A stretch of DNA of 64,000 nucleotides from NCBI GenBank assembly GCA_964016885.1, contig OZ024750.1, positions 30,256,001 to 30,320,000 of the forward strand, in the 5' to 3' direction. The position numbers were made by a program, and so were the translations under genes. Below are positions 25,676-39,110 of this stretch, piece after piece. Under the pieces are notes generated by a model. The model did no database searches. It saw nothing but the letters and a program-made list of their open reading frames with translations, and was not told where the DNA came from. The first letter of the stretch is position 1; each line of letters opens with the position of its first letter. Source of the stretch: Eledone cirrhosa. Its lineage: Eukaryota.

Positions 25676-26074
25676 AAACTCATGATTTTTAATTTTAGAT
25701 TGTACATATTTATCTAAAGACTTTCCAAAAGAGAGAAGGCAAGAAATATAGAGGAAGAATCGACCCTAGTACATAACTGGTACTTTATTTATCGACCTTG
25801 AATAGATGAAATGCAAAGCTGACCTCAGCAGGATTTGAACTCAAAATGCTGAGGGCCAGAACGAATACCATAAACCATTCTATTCACCATAGTTAATGAC
25901 TGCCTATTTGTTGTCTAAATGTAACAGAAGAGAATAAAAAGAAAAACTGAGATGACTCGGCCTCTCCTCAAAACAATAATTACTACAAGAACAAAATGAG
26001 GGAGACGCTACATGACCACTTGACATGCTAGAAATATCAGCCAAATCTTCCTAGATATTATATGTCCAATCACT

Positions 26075-27595
26075 GCAACTGGTGCAGACAGGTCGTTGGG
26101 GCTCCACTCTAGATGTGCCACTGGTGCAGACAGGTCGTTGGGGTGCTACCCTTTGATGTGCCACTGGTGCAGACAGCCGTTGGGATGCCACTAGTGCAAC
26201 CAGACGGGTTGCCACATTAGATGTGTCATTGGTGCAGCCAGTCATTGGGGTGCCACTCTAGATGTGCCACTGGTGCAGACAATCGTTGGGGTGGCACTGG
26301 TGCAGCCAGTCGTTGGGGTGCCACACTAGATGTGCCACTGGTGCAACCAGATGGGTTGCCACATTAGATGTGTCATTGGTGCAGCCAGTCATTGGAGTGC
26401 CACTGGTGCAACCAGACAGATTGTCACATTAGATGTGTCATTGGTGCAGCCAGTCATTGGAGTGTCACTCTAGATGTGTCACCAGACAGGTTGCCACATT
26501 AGATGTGTCATTGGTGCAGCCAGTCATTGGAGTGCCACTCTAGATGTGTCACCAGACAGGTTGCCACATTAGATGTGTCATTGGTGCAGCCAGTCATTGG
26601 AGTGCCACTCTAGATGTGTCACCAGACAGGTTGCCACATTAGATGTGTCATTGGTGCAGCCAGTCATTGGAGTGCCACTCTAGATGTGTCACCAGACAGG
26701 TTGCCACATTAGATGTGTCATTGGTGCAGCCAGTCATTGGAGTGCCACTCTAGATGTGTCACCAGACAGGTTGCCACATTAGATGTGTCATTGGTGCAGC
26801 CAGTCATTGGAGTGCCACTCTAGATGTGTCACCAGACAGGTTGCCACATTAGATGTGTCATTGGTGTAGCCAGTCATTGGGGTGTCACTCTAGATGTGTC
26901 ACCAGACAGGTTGCCACATTAGATGTGTCATTGGTGCAGCCAGTCATTGGAGTGCCACTCTAGATGTGTCACCAGACAGGTTGCCACATTAGATGTGTCA
27001 TTGGTGTAGCCAGTCATTGGAGTGCCACTCTAGATGTGTCACCAGACAGGTTGCCACATTAGATGTGTCATTGGTGCAGCCAGTCATTGGAGTGCCACTC
27101 TAGATGTGTCACCAGACAGGTTGCCACATTAGATGTGTCATTGGTGCAGCCAGTCATTGGGGTGCCACTCTAGATGTGTCACCAGGCAGGTTGCCACATT
27201 AGATGTGTCATTGGTGCAGCCAGTCATTGGAGTGCCACTCTAGATGTGTCACCAGACAGGTTGCCACATTAGATGTGTCATTGGTGCAGCCAGTCATTGG
27301 AGTGCCACTCTAGATGTGTCACCAGACAGGTTGCCACATTAGATGTGTCATTGGTGCAGCCAGTCATTGGGGTGCCACTCTAGATGTGTCACCAGGCAGG
27401 TTGCCACATTAGATGTGTCATTGGTGCAGCCAGTCATTGGAGTGCCACTCTAGATGTGTCACCAGACAGGTTGCCACATTAGATGTGTCATTGGTGCAGC
27501 CAGTCATTGGAGTGCCACTCTAGATGTGTCACCAGACAGGTTGCCACATTAGATGTGTCATTGGTGTAGCCAGTCATTGGAGTGCCACTCTAGAT
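26075..27595. repeat. 70-bp satellite (40+30 subunits), ~16 homogeneous copies with a diverged left edge
   Basis: Unit AGATGTGTCATTGGTGCAGCCAGTCATTGGAGTGCCACTCTAGATGTGTCACCAGACAGGTTGCCACATT. Confidence 0.95.
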
Positions 27596-27810
27596 GCTTC
27601 CATAGTTAGACATCCCTACTGATCTCTATTCTCTGCCACATGTGTAGAAGAGCCACAGTGCTGTGACCAGTCCAGTCTTCGATGGACAATATCACTGATC
27701 CCATAATAACTAATAGGATTGTAAGGGCACCATATTGGACATTTTAGACCTGGTAACATTCATCCATCTCCAGGGGATTAGGAATGATATGGTGGCAGAG
27801 CAGCAGCAGG

Positions 27811-27945
27811 GAAAAGAAAAGAAAAGAAAAGAAAAGAAAAGAAAAGAAAAGAAAAGAAAAGAAAAGAAAAGAAAAGAAAAGAAAAGAAAAGAAAAGAAAA
27901 GAAAAGAAAAGAAAAGAAAAGAAAAGAAAAGAAAAGAAAAGAAAA
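27811..27945. repeat. Perfect (GAAAA)n microsatellite, ~27 units
   Basis: Direct inspection. Confidence 0.98.
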
Positions 27946-28844
27946 CTATATATATATATATATATGTTGGTAGAAATAGAATAATATTATTGGAAGAATT
28001 TTGTTGCATTTGACGGAAGTAGTGATTGTATGTGGATGTGGGGGAGGGATGGGGTAAGGGGTGGGGGTATGGGAGGCTGAAAAGGTTAAATCAATTGAAA
28101 GAGGTTTTCACATCGAAGTGAGAAGAAGGTATAAGTACAACACGTGATGGCTGAATCATACGAGTCAAACCAATGTTACATAAAATAATCTTTTAAGATA
28201 CAAAATGTCTGTTAATTACACAGTCAAGTGTAAATACAAATTAAATGTGTAAAACATTTGTAAATATAATTAGAGGAAGGGGTTTTATAACTAATTCCTT
28301 TATCTTCTTAACTATGTGAACATTTATCTTTAAAATTATACAGAACAACTGAGAGAAAAGAGAAAAGAAAAAAAGAGAAAAATGAAATTTAAAAAAAAAT
28401 ACAAGAAAAAAACATGCAAGACGAAAATTAAAAATAAAATATAAAAAACAAGATTATATAAAAAGAAAAAAAAAAATGGAAAAATAATTTGAATTGGAAA
28501 GAATTGAGAAAGAGCTTTGAAGAAATCCTATCAAGTTACAGGTTTTAAATCCCATCATTTTTTGTTGCCAAAAGCAATAACTATGAAGGTTACCGAGATA
28601 TTTCTTTTACTGCAACAAAAAATAACAAAATAGAAACACAAAGAAAAAAAAAATGAAAAAGACAGAACTACTTCTGTTTGTAAATGTAATGTTTGATATA
28701 TTGACAAGATGGTATTTAAAGAAAAAAAAAATGATACTGATAGCTTGTGATAAAATGGTAGATTGGAATAGAATGCAAGGGACCATCATCATTATCATCA
28801 TCATCATCATCATCATCGCCATTATCATTATCATTTTTACATAA

Positions 28845-29245
28845 GCTGTTCCATGCTTATCTAGATTGGATGGGTCTTCTTCAGCACAGCATCCCTCCTC
28901 TCATCCTGTTTCTTTGTCATCTCCTCTGTGAGCATGAGCAATCTAAGATCAGCTCTAACCTCACCTCCCAGCAAGTCTTCCTTGGTTTTCCTCAACCACA
29001 GCTTCCTTCCACAGGGATTTCTTGGCACTTCTTCACCCAGCAATCATCTTTCATGCACATCACCTGTTCATACTAACACACTTTCATCTCTTACACACTG
29101 CACCTGATTCCTCTTAAACCCAGTTTCTCTCTCAGTTCATCCATGCATTGTCTTTCAAGCACATTAACATTACACATCCATTGAAGCATACTGGCTTTCT
29201 TTCTCTCCAGCTTCTGCATGTCCTCTGTGTTCACTGTCCATGTCT
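28845..29245 (-). mobile_element. Older RTE LINE 3' fragment
   Basis: Reverse complement aligns with 15358-16040 (EVRADLRLLMLTEEMTK..RDAVLKKT); (CAT)n tail to the left. Confidence 0.85.
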
Positions 29246-29449
29246 CGATGATGAGTGTTCCAGTTGTTTGATCAATGGTACAGCCTGCTCTTTAAATGAA
29301 AGTACAAGTGGCTGAGTATTCCACAGTCACGTGTACTCTTAATGTAATTCTCAGGGAGATTCAGCAGATAGTGTCACACAGCTGGCCCCTTTGAATTACA
29401 AGTACAGTCCACCTTGTATTACAGTGTATGTGGCGAAGTATTCCACTGT

Positions 29450-30130
29450 CTGGAACCACTCTCAGTTCTATGGTCACTGGTCCCTACTGTGACATTTAAA
29501 TCCTTTAATACCAAACTACCTGAAATCACCCCTGGTTCTATAGTCACTGGTCCCTACTGTGTCACTTAAACCTTTTAATAACAAACCATCTGAAACCACC
29601 CCTGGTTCTATGGTCACTGGTCCCTACTGTGTCATTTAACCCTTTTAATACCAAACAATCTGAGGCCACCCCTGATTCTATGATCACTGGTCCCTGCTGT
29701 GTCACTTAACACTTTTGATACCAATCCACCTGAAAACACCACAGATTCTACAATACAAAACTGTATGTTTTAAAGTGTTCATATTTATCTAAACATTTTC
29801 CATCCTAATTTTTCGTAAGGACCATCCTTTGTTAAGTTATGTTCCAAACACTAGCTTAACAATGAAAAAGTTCTATTTACTAAATCCCTCCAAATTCTTA
29901 ATTATTTTCAAAACTAATTGAAAATAATAGGCAGTCTTTCATTAAAAATATGATAATGAAAAGGGTAAAGTGTTTATATCTAAAATCCTTCCATCATAAT
30001 TTTCTGTAAAAACCTTTGTTAAGTCATGTTCAAAACACCAGCTTAATAATGAGAAAGTTATATTTACTAAATCCCCACAAATTCTTAATTATTTTCGAAA
30101 TTAATTGAAAATAATAGGCAGTCTTTTATT
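29450..30130. mobile_element. TTAA-type MITE with ~62-bp tandem expansion of its left end and partial duplication of its right part
   Basis: Repeats of TTTAATACCAAAC..CTGAAACCACCCCTGGTTCTATGGTCACTGGTCCCTACTGTGTC; body ends GAAAAGGGTAAA; 29785-29945 duplicated at 29970-30130. Confidence 0.7.
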
Positions 30131-30904
30131 GGGAAAAAGACTAAACCAAGTTTCATAACAGGTAGAATAACAGGAAGAGTTTAAATTGGTGGTGAAAGAC
30201 CAAGTTAACTATAAATCAATGCAACAGTTTGTGGGTTTACAGTAGCGAGACAAAATCATTTCACATGAAAATCAATAATCTTAAAAAAGATTTACAGATG
30301 TTGACATTTAAGATTACAGAAATTAATTTCAATTTTAGTAGCGCCATTTTCTGAGTAAATTAAATTTGGTCAAAAGTTATAAGAAGGCTCCACTTCATTT
30401 TAACGATACATTCTTTTCTATTTATTTCATTACAGCTATTCTTTAATGCTTAAGTGGAATTTTCTTCACAATATCTGATGAATTTTGAATTATTATTATT
30501 ATTATTGTTAGAGGGTCGGACGCCATGCTTTTCAGCATAGAGTTGCGGCCCTTTACGGTCTGAGTTCAAATCCCGCTGAGGTTAACTTTGCCTTTCATTC
30601 TTACAGCGTCGATATAATAAAGTACCAGTAATGCACTGGGATAATTGTTGACCTTGTGCCAAAAGTAGAAACAATTATTATTATTGATGATGATGATGAT
30701 ATTTTTGTTGTCATTACTGTTGCTGCTGGCAAAGAACGATATGGGTTTTTTTTTAGAGTTTTGATTTTTTTAAATCAATATTGCTATTTTTTTTTTTTGT
30801 TTATGGAAAGAAATTTATTTCCTTAAGTTTGTGAAGATTTAATTGAATAAAGAAACAAACCAACACTTGGTGATTCCTCCTCTTCCACCACAGCTGCCAC
30901 TAAT

Positions 30905-31275
30905 ATTTCGAACAGCTACCACCACTAACAACACCAGCAGCAGTACTACCACCACTACCACCACCACTATCATCAACAGCTACCTCCACTACCAACACCA
31001 GCAGCACTACTACCACCACCACTGTCATCAACAGCTATCACCACTACCAACACCAGCACCACTACTACTACTACTACCACCACAACTTCCACCACCATCA
31101 ACACCACTATCATCAACAACTACCACCATCAACAACTACTAACAAAAACAACACCAGCAGCACTACTACCACCACAACTGCCACCACCACCATCACCAAC
31201 AACAACAACAACCACCACCAATACCAACAGCATTACCACCACCGCCATCAACACCACCACCACCACCACCACATC
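30905..31275. repeat. (CAC/CAA/CTA)n low-complexity tract
   Basis: Direct inspection. Confidence 0.9.
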
Positions 31276-31661
31276 ATGAATAATAATATTCAGGGCTGAC
31301 ATTTGACAGATAAAGCCCCACCAAAATTTATCTTTAGCATCAGCTTCAAAACCTGGACCAGACACTTAGGTTGCAGGTCCTATTGAAGCACCAGATAACA
31401 TTCTTGACAAACCAATGTTTACTATAGAAAGGAAATATGAACAAGAGCAGTACTTGTGTTCCCTCCTGAGAATCTCAAGAGTCAGGTTCAGTAGATATGA
31501 GGGTGTCCTTCATAAATAATGTCAGCATTTTGAAACAACCACTTATTTCTTTCTTAGAAAGTGTTGGGGGTTTCTTCAAGGCTTTCAAGAACCTCAAGTG
31601 GAAGAAAAATGTAAAAATATATTAAGTGCCATTAAATAGGTTAACAGGTTAAATAGGTTAA

Positions 31662-32050
31662 AGGGTGGTGGATTGGCAGTATCAGTGGAGGGTCGGACGC
31701 CATGCTTTCCAGCATAGTTACGTCCCTTTACGATCTGAGTTCAAATCCCGCCGAGGTTGACTTTGCCTTTCATCCTTACGGGGTCGATAAAATAAAGTAC
31801 CAGTAATACACTGGGATAATTGCAGGCCTTGTGCCTAAAGTAGAGACAATTAATTATGTACATTGGGCGGTGGATTGGCAGTATCGGTAGAGGATCAGAC
31901 GCCATGCTAAGCAGCAAAGAGTTACGGCCCTTTATGGACTGAGTTCAAATACCGCCGAGGTTAACTTTGCCTTTCATCCTTACGGGATCGATAAAATAAA
32001 GTACCAGTAATGCACTGGGTAAATGCTTGTGCCTAAAGTAGAGACAATTA
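31662..32050 (+). mobile_element. Dimeric family A SINE
   Basis: Two monomers joined by ATTAATTATGTACATT; flanking duplication TTAAATAGGTTAA. Confidence 0.9.
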
Positions 32051-32482
32051 AATAGGTTAACAGTTAGTGGAGAAGTAGAAATATTTTCCCAGAATTTCCA
32101 TCCATTCACAGATTAAGGCAGTTGATGTCATGTCTAGAAGTAAGACACATAGCTTCAATAGTTTAGAGCAGCGGTCACCAAACTTTTGGACCTCCCGGAC
32201 CACTAAATTCGTAATTTTAAATCCCGCCGACCCCTAATATGAAATTTTTAAAAATAGATAAATACATTTATAAAATAATCGTTTCTACTTTTGGCACAAG
32301 GCCAGTAATTATCCCAGTGTATTACTGCTACTTTATTTTATCGACCCTAGTGTATTACTGATACTTTATTTTATCGACCCCTGAATTCAAAACATTGGGT
32401 AATTGCTGGCCTTGTGCCAAAAGTAGAAACAATTATATATATATATATATATACATGCATACACACATGCGTGCAGACACAC

Positions 32483-32521
<39 letters not shown>

Positions 32522-32759
32522 TCACCTGAGATATTTAATTAACTGTGACTAACAAGTCTCCTCAATCACACTTGATATATGTGTGAACAACAACAACAAC
32601 ATAACTACACTAAAAGACATCAAATATAATCTTGATTATCTCTACTGTAATTCTACAATGTTCTGATTACTGAAGAATACCAATCACTATATTTCTGTAG
32701 TAGTAGGAGCAGCAGTAGCAGCAGTAAATAGTAGTAGTAGTAGTAGTAGAGGTAGGCTT

Positions 32760-33300
32760 CAGGAAAGTACTGCTGGACAGATTTTAGGGGCCAAACCAAC
32801 CAGTAGGAGACCCAGAAATAGACACATAGCAAGATAGTTGGATAATATCCATGAGATCAACCAATCTCACCAGGAGATCTAGCAGGATCAACTGGAGACA
32901 GTTGCTTCTGATAGGAACCTTCCCCTATGACCAATTCAGGAATAGGTGGAAGAAGATGAAGAAGAAGACGAAGAAGAAGACAAAGAAGAAGACGAAGAAG
33001 ACAAAGAAGAAGACAAAAAAGAAGACAAAAAAGAAGACAAAAAAGAAGACGAAGTAGAAGACAAAAAAGAAGACAAAAAAGAAGACAAAGAAGAAGACGA
33101 AAAAGAAGATGAAGAAGAAGACGAAGACGAAAAAGAAGATGAAGAAGAAGACGAAGAAGAAGACAAAAATGAAGACGAAGACAAAGACAAAAATGAAGAA
33201 GAAGAAGCAGAAGAAGATTAAGAAGCAGAAGATGAAGAAGATGAAGACAAAAATGAAGAAGACGGAGAAGAAGAAAAGACAAAAGAAGAAAAAGAAAAGT
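32760..33300 (+). mobile_element. Decayed RTE-like LINE 3' end followed by an expanded (GAA/GAC/AAA)n tail
   Basis: Frame QILGAKPTSRRPRNRHIAR*LDNIHEI resembles the RTE C-terminal RPRGRPxxRWxDNI motif; purine triplet tract 32948-33298 follows directly. Confidence 0.55.
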
Positions 33301-34041
33301 ATTCTGTGTTCCACTTTTAAGATATATTATTTTCTAACAATAATCGTAATAAAGTCATTAACAGTTTAATTAAAGATAACGAGACTATCAAATAGTTTGT
33401 TGTGTTTCTCTTGTCAAAGATGGATCATAAATCTACTGCCAGTAATGGAGAGACAAACAACACAAACATGAATTAACCGATCTGTAATATTTCTTATGAA
33501 AGACATCATCATCATCATCATTAATTTACGTCTGTTTTCCACACCAGCATGGGTTTACCAGGTTCTGTGATGGCGGTGAATTGGCAGGGTTGTTAGAACA
33601 TTGGATAGAATGCTTTATGGTATTCGTCCCGGTTCTCTGCTCTCTGAGTTCAAATCCTACCGAGGTCAACTTTACCTTTCATCCTTTCGAGGTCGATAAA
33701 AAAAAAGTACCGGTCTAGTACTGAGGTTGATTCTTCCTCTATATCTCTTTCTCACTTTCTATTTTTCTCTGGAAAATATCCACCTGGAGAGGAGATGGGC
33801 TCCGCCTTATTAAAAAATACATTAGAAACGCTGTATATCAATATGGCACGCCTATGGCTACTCAGGAGTTACAGCTTCATACCATACCATACCAGAGGGG
33901 TCAGTTGTCCAAGTCTTGCTCATATATTATATTTTCACATGATTTTGCCTATGGTTTAATCCCACATGGTGGCACCTTGGGAAAGTGTCATTTACCATAG
34001 CCTCAGATCATCTAATTCTTGTCAGTGAAAGTGAGTAAATC

Positions 34042-34482
34042 CAGAGGCATAACTAGGGAAAATAACACCTATGGCAAGCAGTGAAATTGTGCCCCTACCC
34101 ACCACTGTATTTTTACCTTGGGTCTAATAATTTATATAAATGGTTTAACCTGTTGACTGCCGCGTATATTTTACACAGCTACAGTTGCTGTGCCAGGTTG
34201 ATTTTTTTTTTAGTAAAATGACTATTTTGATTGACAAATGTCATATCAATAAAATATTAATCCCATCTAGAGTCTATGGCACTAAAGAGGTTAAAGACCC
34301 AGCCATGATAGTGTTCTCATCCATGATAATCAGAGACATCACACATCTGAAGGAGTTTCTTTTTTCACTCTCCGACGAAGTTTATTTGACTTTAATAGAA
34401 CATGCTGCTAGTCCAAGTGGCGCCCCCTTCATGTGACAGCCATGGCACGTGCCATACTTGCCATATTCTAGTTGCGCCTATG
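34042..34482. mobile_element. hAT-like MITE containing a TTAA MITE (34149-34290), itself inside a SINE
   Basis: Outer TIRs CAGAGGCATAACTAG / CTAGTTGCGCCTATG with imperfect 8-bp TSD AGTAAATC/GGTAAAGC; inner TTAA-CCTGTTGACTGCC...GGCACTAAAGAGG-TTAA; flanks rejoin to match the SINE at 53865-54130. Confidence 0.65.
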
Positions 34483-36074
34483 GGTAAAGCAAAAACTGTT
34501 TGGAAGTCTACTGAAGACACTGTACCAGTAATTCAATGGGCCAGTCTTATCACACAATCTGCGAAGCTGATTCTCCCAGAGAATTACATTAAGAGCAAAA
34601 CTTATTATCAACATATTGTATTGTCAACATCATCGTTTAATGTCCATTTTCTATGTTAGCATGGGTATGACAGACTGTCCCATTGTGAGAGATCCAAGTC
34701 GGAGGACTGTGTTTTGCTCATACAGAACTGATTTTGGCCTGGTTTCTACAGCTGGATGCCCTTCCTAACGCCAACCACATTTACAGTGTGGACTGGATGC
34801 CTTTTGTCACGACACCTACATAACCACTATATAGTGTGGGCTGGGTGCTTTTTATTGTGACACCTTTACAGTGTGGACTGGGTGCTTTTTGTCATGACAC
34901 CTAAACAACCACTATACAGTGAGGACTGGGTGCTTTTTGTCAGGACTCCTACATGACCACTTTACAGTGTGGACTGGATGCTTTTTGTCGTTGAGGAATA
35001 TGTGACCAAAAAAACATTGATAGTAAAATGGGAGGTTGGCTTATAGATCCCATCTAAACAATGTGTTGATTAGCTAACTTGATTTCTAAGAGGAGGGGTT
35101 CAGCTTATATTTGAGTATATACAATAACTTCCTTCATAATCTCAAACATCCACTTACACAAAACCATTTTTACTACCATTTTCTTTCCCTCTACTTCTTT
35201 CAATATTACTGTTCTTCCTCTTCCTTCTCCTCCTCTTCTTTCCCTCCTCTTCCCTCACTTTATTCATTTCTCCTGGGTAGAAGTGATGAAAGCTGATCTC
35301 AACATGTTAAACCTCTCACACAGGAGATGATGAAAGAAAAAATAAAACAAAAGAGAAGAGATGTGGTGCCAGACGAGGACTTGTTTGACTCTTGCAGGCA
35401 TGGAAAAACAGATGAAAAGATGATGGTGATGGTGATGATGATGATGATAGTGGTGATGATGGTGGCGATGCTAATGATGATCATGATGATGCTAATGATG
35501 AATGGTGGTAATGATGGTGATGGTGGTGGTGATGGTGATGGTGGTGGTGATGATGATGATGATGGTGGTAATTTTCCTTATCCATCTTCCAATTCTTCTT
35601 CCTTTCTTTCCCCCCTCTCTCCATGAACCAATCTTTCCGTCTCTCACTATCATCATGTTTATGTGTGTATATATGCATGTGGATATGTATGTGTATATAT
35701 ATATATATGTATGCATATATGTGTATATATGTGTTATGTATGTCTATGTATATGTATGTGTTCATGTATGTGTATGTGCATGTGTGTGTGTGTGTGTATA
35801 TATATATATGTGGTCTCAAAAATAAATAAACACACACACAATCAGTTTCCTGTAGCTATGTAGTGCAATAAACTTTACTTTAAAGTATGACTGACCTACA
35901 AGAATTGGTTCATAACAAAATATGCTATGAAGGTTTGTTGTTTGGGATATCTCTCCTCCTTACCCCTAACCCCACCCGCCCCTTGCAATATCTCCCCCAC
36001 TCATCCCACCCCATATATAGAAGAACTTCCTACAACACTTAATTAGAATATGATGGAGAATATAACTGTCTGAT

Positions 36075-37240
36075 TAACCCTCTTTGAAAGCAAACTGTCT
36101 GAAACTGCCCCAGGCTCTTCTACAACACAAAACTGTTTGTTTACAAGAGTTCAGATTAATATTAGAACATTTCATCATAGTTTTATGTAAGATCTTTTGG
36201 TTAACCCTTTAGCATTTAAAACCAGCCATATCCAGACAGAATTCTCTCAACTCTTTCTGTTCAAACCGGATGCTCATACTTATGTTAAGGTATTGTTCTA
36301 CAACACAAAACTGTTTGTTTACAAGAATTCAGATTAATATTAGAACATTTCATCATAGTTTTATGTAAGATCTTTTGGTTAACCCTTTAGCATTTAAAAC
36401 CAGCCATATCCAGACAGAATTCTCTCAACTCTTTCTGTTCAAACCGGCCATAACTGGATGCTCATACTTATGTTAAGGTATTGTTCTACAACACAAAACT
36501 GTTTGTTTACAAGAGTTCAGATTAATATTAGAACATTTCATCATAGTTTTATGTAAGATCTTTTGGTTAACCCTTTAGCATTTAAACCAGCCATATCCAG
36601 ACAGAATTCTCTCAACTCTTTCTGTTCAAATCGGCCATAACTGGATGCTCATACTTATGTTAAGGTATTGTTCTAAAAATAAATAATATCAAAATCTCAA
36701 GGATTCAATATTATGTGAGATAATTATGTGAAATAAAGCCTTTATCATAAAAATAAAATAGTAAATATAGAGTAATGTAAATACTAAAGGGTTAAACTAT
36801 GTTCCAAATATGTGGAAACGCATGGCCTAGTGGTTAGTGTGCTAGACTTACAATTATAATGTTGTGGGTTTGATTCCTGGACTGAATTGTGTGTTGTGTT
36901 CTTGAGCAAAACATGTCATTTCACATTGCTGTAGTATACTCAGCTGAAAATGAAATGAGTACCAGCAATAGCAGGGGGTTTAAACCTGCGATGGACTGGC
37001 ATACTGTCCAGAGGGAGTCTGGGACTCTCAGTCACTTAACGCCACAGAAACCAGGATAAGCACTTGCTTGATGAATCTCCAAACTCGAGACAGACTTAAG
37101 ATGTTCCAAACACCAGCTAGTAATAAGAAAGTTAAACTATATATAACTAAATTACACCAAATTCTTCATTATTTTCAAAATGATTTGAAAATATTAGGCA
37201 GTGTCTTTCATTAGAAACATGGTAACGAAAAGGCTAAAGT
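36075..37240. mobile_element. Nested TTAA MITEs with ~180-190-bp tandem triplication and an inserted SINE (36820-37095)
   Basis: Units start TTCTACAACACAAAACTG at ~36118, 36296 and 36484; inner CCCTTTAGCATTTA...ATACTAAAGGG-TTAA. Confidence 0.75.
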
Positions 37241-37320
37241 ATTTATATTAATTTTATTAAGAATATTTTATTAATATATATTATTATTATTGTAGAAACA
37301 ATTATTATTATTATTATTAG

Positions 37321-37666
37321 GGAGGCACATGGCTTAGTGATTAGAGCATTGGCCTTGCAATCGAAAGGTTGTGAGTTCAATTCTCAGACCGGGAGATGTG
37401 TTGTTTCCTTGAGCAAGAGACTTTATTTCACATTGCTCCAGTTTACTCAGCTGTAGAAATGAGATGATAGGGACTGGGGTCCCTATCATTCCACTGCAAA
37501 GTGGTTGTGGAGGTGCCATGGCAAAAAAGCACCCAGCACTCACTGTAAATGAGGTTGGTGTTAGGAAGGGCATCCAGCTGTAGAAATCAAGCCAGAATCA
37601 ATTCCCGGCCCACCCTTGCAAGCAGGGAAAAGTGGACGTAAAATGATGATATAAATGATGATGATA
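37321..37666 (+). mobile_element. Composite SINE family B
   Basis: Near-identical to 58689-59038. Confidence 0.92.
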
Positions 37667-37929
37667 TATATTATTACTATGGCAGAGGCTTGGCAGTACC
37701 AGTAGAGCATTGAATAATATGCCTTGCAGCATATAGTTACATCCCTTTAGGTTGTGAGTTCAAATCCTGCTGAGGTTAGCTTTGCCTTGCATACTTATGG
37801 GGTTGATAAAATAAAGTACCAGTAATGCGCTGGAGTCAATTTAATCAACCATCCCCTCCCCCCAAATTGTTGACCTAGTGCCTAAATCAGAAACCATTAT
37901 TATTATTATTATCATTGGCCATTTTCATG

Positions 37930-39110
37930 TTAGAATAAAAAGTATCCAGTCCACTCTGTAAAGTGGTCATCTTGGTGCCATGATAAAAAGTATCTAGTCC
38001 ACACTGTAAAGTGGTCATCTTGGTGCCATGATAAAAAGCATCCATTCCTCACTGTAAAGTGGTCATCTTGGTGCCATGATAAAAAGTATCTAGTCCACAC
38101 TGTAAAGTGGTCATCTTGGTGCCATGATAAAAAGTATCTAGTCCACACTGTAAAGTGGTCATCTTGGTGCCATGATAAAAAGCATCCATTCCTCACTGTA
38201 AAGTGGTCATCTTGGTGCCACAATAAAAAGCATCCATTCCTCACTGTAAAGTGGTCATCTTGGTGCCATGATAAAAAGCATCCATTCCTCACTGTAAAGT
38301 GGTCATCTTGGTGCCATGATAAAAAGTATCTAGTCCACACTGTAAAGTGGTCATCTTGGTGCCACAATGAAAAGCATCCATTACTCACTGTAAAGTGGTC
38401 ATCTTGGTACCACGATAGAAAGCATCTAGTCCACACTGTAAAGTGGTCATCTTGGTGCCATGATAAAAAGCATCCATTCCTCACTGTAAAGTGGTCATCT
38501 TGGTGCCACAATAAAAAGCATCCATTCCTCACTGTAAAGTGGTCATCTTGGTGCCACGATAAAAAGCATCCATTCCTCACTGTAAAGTGGTCATCTTGGT
38601 GCCATGATAAAAAGCATCCATTCCTCACTGTAAAGTGGTCATCTTGGTGCCATGATAAAAAGTATCTAGTCCACACTGTAAAGTGGTCATCTTGGTGCCA
38701 TGATAAAAAGCATCCATTCCTCACTGTAAAGTGGTCATCTTGGTGCCATGATAAAAAGTATCTAGTCCACACTGTAAAGTGGTCATCTTGGTGCCATGAT
38801 AAAAAGTATCTAGTCCACACTGTAAAGTGGTCATCTTGGTGCCACAATGAAAAGCATCCATTCCTCACTGTAAAGTGGTCATCTTGGTACCACGATAGAA
38901 AGCATCTAGTCCACACTGTAAAGTGGTCATCTTGGTGCCATGATAAAAAGCATCCATTCCTCACTGTAAAGTGGTCATCTTGGTGCCACAATAAAAAGCA
39001 TCCATTCCTCACTGTAAAGTGGTCATCTTGGTGCCACGATAAAAAGCATCCATTCCTCACTGTAAAGTGGTCATCTTGGTACCACGATAGAAAGCATCTA
39101 GTTCACACTG
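37930..39110. repeat. 48-bp satellite (~24 units) expanded inside a SINE-B-related element
   Basis: Unit CTGTAAAGTGGTCATCTTGGTGCCATGATAAAAAGCATCCATTCCTCA; runs straight into CTGTAAATGAGGTTGGTATTAGGAATGGTATCCAGCTGTAGAAA as in SINE B. Confidence 0.95.

Noticed and set aside
31370-31520. Short plus-strand frame VAGPIEAPDNILDKPMFTIERKYEQEQY...
   Set aside because: No good splice acceptor or recognisable motif; insufficient support
32946-33221. Acidic E/D/K-rich ORF resembling a real low-complexity protein
   Set aside because: Open in several frames, no splice sites, and directly follows a decayed RTE-like 3' end; best read as an expanded (GAA)n tail
37930-39060. 376-aa ORF with 16-aa repeats
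   Set aside because: Product of a SINE-derived 48-bp satellite whose period is a multiple of 3; no splice or codon evidence
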